Assembly: GCA_963696385.1 (NCBI GenBank)
Contig: CAVOKF010000005.1
Span: 736,001-800,000 of the forward strand
Direction: 5' to 3'
From: an uncultured delta proteobacterium
GTDB taxonomy: Bacteria; Myxococcota_A; Polyangia; Polyangiales; Polyangiaceae
Length of the DNA: 64,000 nt
Part shown: one piece after another, positions 58,373 through 64,000 of the stretch
Numbering within the stretch: position 1 is the first letter of the stretch
Layout of the letters: every line of letters starts with the position of its first letter
The notes under the pieces: generated by a model
What the model was told of the DNA's origin: nothing
Seen by the model: only the letters and a program-made list of their open reading frames with translations
Database searches by the model: none
Position numbers and translations under genes: made by a program

Positions 58373-58960
58373 TCACGGCCCATTCGCGCGGTCGTAATCC
58401 GCGGCCGCGCGATCGACCTCTTCGAGATCGCGCGAGGCACGTTCGGCTTCCGCCTGGAGCTCGGCCGTAAACAGCGTAAGGCCCCAGATGCCGTTTTCGC
58501 GCCGGCGAAAGGCGTAGCGGGTGCCCCGCGCCGTCACGACGGTCGCCCGCTCGCCTTGAATCTCCACATGTGCGGACCCGGACAAATCCCGGTCGAGGCG
58601 CGCGGTCCAGCCACGCAGCGTCGCGAGCCGCGCGAACACGTCCGGGCCGTCCGCTGCCTCCGCCTCATCTTTCCACCGGTCGAGCAGCGTGGCGCGCTGG
58701 TCGGCCGGATAGCTTCGCCGAACGCGATCGCACGCTTTCTTGCGCGCGTCCCCGATGGTGTACGCCGCCCACTGGGCTTCGGTCTCGAGGTACGCGAAGG
58801 CGTCTTTGGGGCGGCGTTCGGCTATCGCGAGAGCGATTCGCGCATACGCCCCTTCGGGCGTCGTGTCGGACGGGAAGGGGCGATGGTCGATGATCCGGGT
58901 GCCCATCCAGACGATGCACGCGACCGCGAGAGCCAGCGCAAGCGCGGGCCAGCGAGTCAC
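58373..58960 (-). CDS. Hypothetical membrane-anchored protein
   Basis: N-terminal TM; TPEGAY...VEIQGERATV..YAFRRRENGIWGL; start GTG 58960 or upstream. Confidence 0.75.
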   Translation of the reverse strand: MTRWPALALALAVACIVWMGTRIIDHRPFPSDTTPEGAYARIALAIAERRPKDAFAYLETEAQWAAYTIGDARKKACDRVRRSYPADQRATLLDRWKDEAEAADGPDVFARLATLRGWTARLDRDLSGSAHVEIQGERATVVTARGTRYAFRRRENGIWGLTLFTAELQAEAERASRDLEEVDRAAADYDRANGP

Positions 58961-59000
58961 CGAGCGTCGCTTCACCGGGCGTCGCTTCACCGGGCGTCGC
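58957..59000. repeat. 15-bp tandem repeat (about 3 copies) at the start of the hypothetical gene
   Basis: GCGTCGCTTCACCGG at 58964 and 58979 plus partial copies. Confidence 0.85.
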
Positions 59001-59034
59001 CATAGCATGCGATAGCCTTTACGCTGGCAAGTTC

Positions 59035-59775
59035 ATGTGGCTCGGATCGCGCGTCGTCGTTGTCGTCCCCGCGTGGAACGAGGCGCCTCGCATCGAGCGC
59101 GTAGTGCGAACGATGCCGCATTGGGTCGACGCCATCGTCGTCGTCGACGATGCGAGCACGGACGGTACGGCGGACCGAGCCCGCGCGGTCGACCGTTCGG
59201 GGATCGATCTGGTGCGCCACGAGCGTAACCGCGGCGTGGGGGCCGCGATCGTTACGGGGTATCGGCGCGCCCTGGAGACGGACGGGAGTCCGACCGACGC
59301 CTTCGTCGTCATGGCAGGGGACGGGCAGATGGATCCGGTCGATCTTCCGGCCGTCGTGTCGCCCATCGCACGCGGCGAAGCCCACTACGTGAAGGGATCC
59401 CGCTTCGGCGTGAGCGGCGTGGTCCGCGCGATGCCCGTCTCCCGGCTGCTCGGAGGGCTCGTGCTTTCGTGGGCCACCGCATACGCGATTGGCGTCTCGA
59501 TCTCCGACAGCCAGTGCGGCTATACGGCCATCGCGCGGGGCGCGTGTGCTCGCCTCGATCTCGACCGACTCTGGCCACGGTACGGGTACCCGAACGACCT
59601 TTTGTCGCAGCTGGCGTTGCGCGGCCTGCGAATCGCCGAGACCGAAGTGCGGCCCGTCTACGGCGATGAAGTCAGCCGACTGAAACCGCATCATGTGCCC
59701 ATGATCGCCGGACTCGTCGCGCGCGCGTGGCTGCGTCGGGTTCGGCAATCGCGTTCACGCGAGCGCTCGGTCTAG
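59035..59775 (+). CDS. Glycosyltransferase family 2 (DPM1-like)
   Basis: [38 protein letters not shown]. Confidence 0.93.
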   Translation: MWLGSRVVVVVPAWNEAPRIERVVRTMPHWVDAIVVVDDASTDGTADRARAVDRSGIDLVRHERNRGVGAAIVTGYRRALETDGSPTDAFVVMAGDGQMDPVDLPAVVSPIARGEAHYVKGSRFGVSGVVRAMPVSRLLGGLVLSWATAYAIGVSISDSQCGYTAIARGACARLDLDRLWPRYGYPNDLLSQLALRGLRIAETEVRPVYGDEVSRLKPHHVPMIAGLVARAWLRRVRQSRSRERSV

Positions 59776-61050
59776 GATCGCAGGAACATGCGCCAACGCA
59801 CGATCCAGATCGAACAATTTCTCGAGCTCGGTCGGGTTCAAGTGTTCCATGAGCTCGGCGTCGGCCGCGAGCAGATCGCGAAAGCGCCCCAGGCCTTGCC
59901 AGGCGCGCATCGCGTTGCGCTGCACGAGGACGTAAGCCTGTTGGCGCGGCATTCCCGCTTCGACGAGCGCGAGCAGAACTGCTTCACCAAAGTAGAGCTC
60001 GGCGGCACGCTCGACGTTTCGCTTCATGTGGTCGGCGTACACGACCAGCCCATCGACGAGTCGGGCGCCCCGATCGAGCATGAAGCCGAGCGTTGCCGTC
60101 GCGTCGGGTCCGATCATGCGCTCGACCGAGGAGTGGGAGATGTCGCGCTCATGCCACAGGGAGACGTCCTCCAATGCCGGGACGACCGCGGCACGAACGA
60201 TGCGCGCCAGACCACATAGGTTTTCGCTCAGAATCGGGTTGCGCTTGTGGGGCATGGCGCTCGACCCCTTCTGCCCCGCGGTGAAAGCCTCTTCGACCTC
60301 GGCTACCTCGCTTCGTTGCCAGTGCCGCACGTTGGTGGCCAGTCGCTCGATGGCTGCGGCGACGAGTGCCAGTGCGGCGAAGTACGCGGCATGTCGATCC
60401 CGTGCCACGATCTGCGTCGCTACCGTTTCGGGCTCGAGCCCTAGGGAGGCGAGCGCGCGCCTCTCGAGCTGCGGCGACAAATGTGCGTACGTCCCGACCG
60501 CTCCCGCGATCTTGCCGACAGCAATCTCCCGGCGGGCGGCCGCCAGACGCGCGCGGCTTCTTGCGAACTCCGCATGATGTCCGGCCAGGGCGAGTCCGAA
60601 CGTGATGGGCTCGGCGAAAATGCCATGGCTGCGCCCCATCATCGGAGTCGTAGCGTGCTCGCGAGCGCGGCGTGCCAGCGCCGCGAGCATGACGTCGCAG
60701 CGAGCCAGCAACATGTCCGCGGCGTCTCTCAGCAGGATCGCGAGCGAGGTATCGAGGACGTCGCTCGACGTCATGCCTCGGTGCAGCCATCGGGCTTCGA
60801 GGCCTGCGAGTTCCTCGACGTGGGTCAAGAATGCGATCACGTCATGCTTCGTCGTGCGCTCGATTTCATCGATGCGCGCCGGATCGAGAACGAGGTGCTT
60901 GCCGCGTAGGCTCGCGGCGGTCCCGGGGGGGACGACCCCAGCCTCCTCCATGCTTTCGCATGCGGCCAGCTCGACGTTCAGCCATACGGTAAACCGGTGC
61001 GCGGGCGACCAGAGATCGGCGAATTCGGCTGGCGTGTAACGAGGGATCAC
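59755..61050 (-). CDS. purB: Adenylosuccinate lyase
   Basis: MIPRYT (GTG start), [42 protein letters not shown]. Confidence 0.98.
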   Translation of the reverse strand: MIPRYTPAEFADLWSPAHRFTVWLNVELAACESMEEAGVVPPGTAASLRGKHLVLDPARIDEIERTTKHDVIAFLTHVEELAGLEARWLHRGMTSSDVLDTSLAILLRDAADMLLARCDVMLAALARRAREHATTPMMGRSHGIFAEPITFGLALAGHHAEFARSRARLAAARREIAVGKIAGAVGTYAHLSPQLERRALASLGLEPETVATQIVARDRHAAYFAALALVAAAIERLATNVRHWQRSEVAEVEEAFTAGQKGSSAMPHKRNPILSENLCGLARIVRAAVVPALEDVSLWHERDISHSSVERMIGPDATATLGFMLDRGARLVDGLVVYADHMKRNVERAAELYFGEAVLLALVEAGMPRQQAYVLVQRNAMRAWQGLGRFRDLLAADAELMEHLNPTELEKLFDLDRALAHVPAILDRALA

Positions 61051-61138
61051 CCATCGCGAGTACCACAGGTTGCGGTCCGCGTGGGGGGCTCCCCCAGTGG
61101 GGGACACCGACCATGGTTCGGCGGGGCGGCGGCGCGAT

Positions 61139-61849
61139 TCAAGCCCGCCCGTAGATCGGGACCGAGACGCCACTGACGTGCCGCGATTCGTCGCTCAGCA
61201 GGAATGCGATCAGGTCTGCGGCCGCCCGTAGCGGGACCCAGCTGCTCGGATCCGCGTTCGGCATCGCGGCGCGGTTTGCGGGCGTGTCCATTGTGCTCGG
61301 CAGGATGGCGTTCACTCGGACACCGTACTGCAGGACCTCTGCGGCCGTCGCTCGCGCCAGTGCGACGACGGCGGACTTTGCAGCCGTGTACGCGACCGCG
61401 CCCTTGCCGGTCCACGGCTGCTCGACCACGCGCGATCCCACCACGACGATGCTTCCGTTGCGGCCAGCCACCATGGCGGGCAGCAGCGCGCGCAAACTGC
61501 GGTACGCCGTTTCGACGTTCGCCAGCATCATCGCTCGCCAGGTTTCGTCGTCTGTCTCTTCGTGAAGCGGTCGTCCGCCCCCCCAAGCGCCGGCGACAAT
61601 CGCCGCTCGCGTCGGCCGGGCCCCAAGCTTTCGCTCCACGCGATCCAAGGCAGCGAGCCAGGTGGCATCGGTCGCGACATCCCCCGCGAACCAGGTTGCG
61701 CCGCTCAGTGTGCCGGCGAGCCGCTCGAGGCGATCCGCGTGTCGTTCATGGTCCAGTAGCGCCACGGGGTGGCCGCGCAGAGCGAGCACGCGAGCGACCT
61801 CGGCCCCTAGAGCGCCCGTCGCCCCGGTGACGATCCCGACATCCGTCAT
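61139..61849 (-). CDS. Short-chain dehydrogenase/reductase
   Basis: [29 protein letters not shown]. Confidence 0.92.
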   Translation of the reverse strand: MTDVGIVTGATGALGAEVARVLALRGHPVALLDHERHADRLERLAGTLSGATWFAGDVATDATWLAALDRVERKLGARPTRAAIVAGAWGGGRPLHEETDDETWRAMMLANVETAYRSLRALLPAMVAGRNGSIVVVGSRVVEQPWTGKGAVAYTAAKSAVVALARATAAEVLQYGVRVNAILPSTMDTPANRAAMPNADPSSWVPLRAAADLIAFLLSDESRHVSGVSVPIYGRA

Positions 61850-61865
61850 AACGGCAATCCTAGCC

Positions 61866-62675
61866 TCATGCCGCTTCGTCGCGCACGTCGTCGAGACGGG
61901 CCCGCAGCTTCGTACGCGCACGCTCCTCGAGTTGACGCACTCGCTCCTTGCTGACGCCCAGTTCCATACCGATCTCCTGGAGCGTGCGTGGCTCATCGGC
62001 CATCAGCCGCTCTCGAACGATGAGCCGCTCGCGATCCGTCAATTCGGTCAGCGCCAGCCTCACGGCCTTCCGGACCCGCTCGGCGGTCTCGCGACGGCCA
62101 ACATCTTCCTCGGGCGTCGGACACGACGACGCGAGCCCATCGACCAGAGCGCCCCTCTCCGGCGTCTGGACGTCGATGCTCGCCTCTCGCGCGGCGAGGA
62201 TCGGCAGAAGCATCTCTGCGCGCTCGGGGGTCAACCCGCTGACTGCGGCAAGCGTCGCCGCATCGCAGTTCGACGCGATCCGGAAAGCCCGAAGAGCTCG
62301 GCGCTCCCCCTTGGTGGTGCCCAGCCGCACGACGCGGTAGGCGCGCACCACGTGCTCCCGGATTTCCGCCCGGATCCAATATGCGGCATATGTGGCCAGT
62401 CGGCAGTCCTTTCGGGTGTCGAACTTGATCGCGGCGCGCAGCAGCCCCACGTTGCCTTGCTGAACGATGTCCTCGAGGGGTAAGCCCCAGCGACGATACT
62501 CGAGTGCGATCGAAACGACGAACGGCAGACACGCCACGACCAGGCTATGTTCGGCCCGGCGATCTCCGTCGTGCAAGCGCTTCGCCAGTGCTCGCTCGGT
62601 CTCCCGGTCGAGCGGAACGATTTCCGCAAGATGGCCTCGGTAGGTACGAAATGCACGACTCTCGCTCGGCGGCAT
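61866..62675 (-). CDS. Sigma70-family, RpoH/sigma32-like sigma factor
   Basis: DIVQQGNVGLLRA, ATYAAYWIRAEI, TLQEIG..LGVSKERVRQLE; AAAGGAG RBS. Confidence 0.92.
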   Translation of the reverse strand: MPPSESRAFRTYRGHLAEIVPLDRETERALAKRLHDGDRRAEHSLVVACLPFVVSIALEYRRWGLPLEDIVQQGNVGLLRAAIKFDTRKDCRLATYAAYWIRAEIREHVVRAYRVVRLGTTKGERRALRAFRIASNCDAATLAAVSGLTPERAEMLLPILAAREASIDVQTPERGALVDGLASSCPTPEEDVGRRETAERVRKAVRLALTELTDRERLIVRERLMADEPRTLQEIGMELGVSKERVRQLEERARTKLRARLDDVRDEAA

Positions 62676-62705
62676 GGTGGCTCCTTTCGCAATCGCTTGG
62701 CGGCG

Positions 62706-62721
62706 TGCACGTGAAGTGCCA
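62706..62721 (-). promoter_or_regulatory. Sigma54 (-24/-12) promoter for the sigma factor gene
   Basis: TGGCACTTCACGTGCA (GG-N10-GC), ending 31 bp upstream of the ATG. Confidence 0.65.
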
Positions 62722-62840
62722 TCGGCCATAGCCCGAATTCGGGCCACGTTGGAGCCGAATGCGCGAAAACCACGCAGTTGGGCCTCCGCAGATAGCGCAG
62801 GCTTTTCGCGATCGGCGGGGCCCCCCGGCCCCCGCGTCCC

Positions 62841-63683
62841 TCATGCGTCGATGACGAGACCTTCGTGCGCCGCGATGACGCCGGGGAAGAGCGCCTTTGC
62901 CCGGCTCTCCTTCTCGCGGACTGCGGCGTCGTTCTGAATGGGATCGTGATGAAAGAGCACGAGCCGCACGGCGCCCGACGCCTTTGCCAAACGCACGCCC
63001 TCTTCGAACGTGCTGTGGCCCCAGCCCGTTTTGGGGCCTCCGGTGCCCGCGCTTCCAGCGTACTCTTCGGGCGTATACTGGGCGTCGTACACCAAGACAT
63101 CTGCGCCGCGCGCCAAGTGCACGAGCTTGGCATCGACGCGACCCGCGTAGTGTTCGGTGTCGGTGGCGTACACGAACACTTTGCGGCCGTGCTCGACTCG
63201 GAACGCGTAAACGCCCTGAGGGTGATTGCCGCTGGCGTTGGTCACGCGGACGGGTGGCCCGTCGTCGTCGATCACGACGGTTTCGCCCTCGACCAGGTCT
63301 CGGAACCTCATCGTTGCGTCCATCGCGCTCAGATGAACCGGGAAGTTCGGGTGGTCCATCTGGCCGGCCAACGTCTCTTCCAGAGTGCGCGATACGTTGT
63401 TGCCCCCGTACAAGTAAAACACGTTGCCGGCGACGAATGCCGGCTCGAAGAACGGAAACCCTTGGATGTGATCCCAGTGCACGTGGCTGAAGAACATGTG
63501 GGCCGTCAGAGGCATTTCCTTCAACAGCTTCTTTCCGAGCAGTCGCAGCCCCGTTCCCCCATCGAAGATGAGAATGACCTTGCCGGCGCGAACCTCGACG
63601 CAACTCGTATTGCCCCCGAAGTGCACGGTGGTGGGCCCGGGCGTCGGGATGCTGCCGCGGACGCCCCAGAACGTGATTTGCAT
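62841..63683 (-). CDS. MBL-fold metallo-hydrolase
   Basis: FWGVRGSIP, GGNTSC, SHVHWDHIQG, TDTEH, WGHS, FHHDP. Confidence 0.93.
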   Translation of the reverse strand: MQITFWGVRGSIPTPGPTTVHFGGNTSCVEVRAGKVILIFDGGTGLRLLGKKLLKEMPLTAHMFFSHVHWDHIQGFPFFEPAFVAGNVFYLYGGNNVSRTLEETLAGQMDHPNFPVHLSAMDATMRFRDLVEGETVVIDDDGPPVRVTNASGNHPQGVYAFRVEHGRKVFVYATDTEHYAGRVDAKLVHLARGADVLVYDAQYTPEEYAGSAGTGGPKTGWGHSTFEEGVRLAKASGAVRLVLFHHDPIQNDAAVREKESRAKALFPGVIAAHEGLVIDA

Positions 63684-63765
63684 CGGCTTCCCGTCGCTCC
63701 TTTGGCCGCAGCTCCCTTCCGACGATCGTACCTCGTTGGAGCAAAGAAGGGTATTCCTTGTCCCT

Positions 63766-64000
63766 GTGCCGACCGACGAATCCGATACCCGGCGCGAGCC
63801 ATTCGCGGACGCGATCGTGGTTCTCGGTTGCGCGGTGCGTCTCGACCCGGACGGACGCCTGGGGCCTGGCGCGCTTCGTCGTCGCATCGATGCGGCCGCG
63901 AAAGCCTACCGCCTTCGAGCGAACGACCGCACCGTGGTCGTCGCGAGTGGGGGACGGCGCTGGCGCGGGGGTGTCGAGGCGGACGTGATGGCGCGTGAGC
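63766..64000 (+). CDS. YdcF/DUF218 (ElyC/SanA-like) protein, 3' end outside the window
   Basis: Manual translation: DAIVVLGC...LRRRIDAAA...VVVASGG...EADVMAREL. Confidence 0.85.
   Translation, partial: MPTDESDTRREPFADAIVVLGCAVRLDPDGRLGPGALRRRIDAAAKAYRLRANDRTVVVASGGRRWRGGVEADVMARE

Overview
GC-rich bacterial DNA with a myxobacterial (Polyangiaceae-like) gene set: Ser/Thr kinase, three-bactofilin cluster, RpoH-like sigma factor and many lipoproteins. The taxonomy is inferred from gene content. Bases 1-8030 are the end of a genomic island next to tRNA-Val(GAC), with a 5'-truncated tyrosine integrase. The island holds a fully delimited 4774-bp IS21-family element (379-5152; TGTAGA termini, 6-bp AGCGCC target duplication) inserted into an arsR-type gene. 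It encodes five co-oriented genes rather than only istA/istB: a Cys-rich zinc-finger-like protein, a small overlapping ORF, istA, istB and a trailing small ORF. Its structured leader may make a small RNA. Its istA is split by a nested 1003-bp transposase-less element (2917-3919; 13-bp perfect inverted repeats, 7-bp duplication); removing it restores a 493-aa IstA. A second, related IS end at 7408 appears to have cut the integrase. Bases 8.1-64 kb look like core chromosome (glyQ, priA, mfd, purB, bactofilins, DsbD-like, Slt, orphan DNA methyltransferase, envelope proteins). Two clear and one likely single-base frameshifts may be assembly errors. No CRISPR array or rRNA was seen. Family assignments come from motif recognition only; no searches were run.
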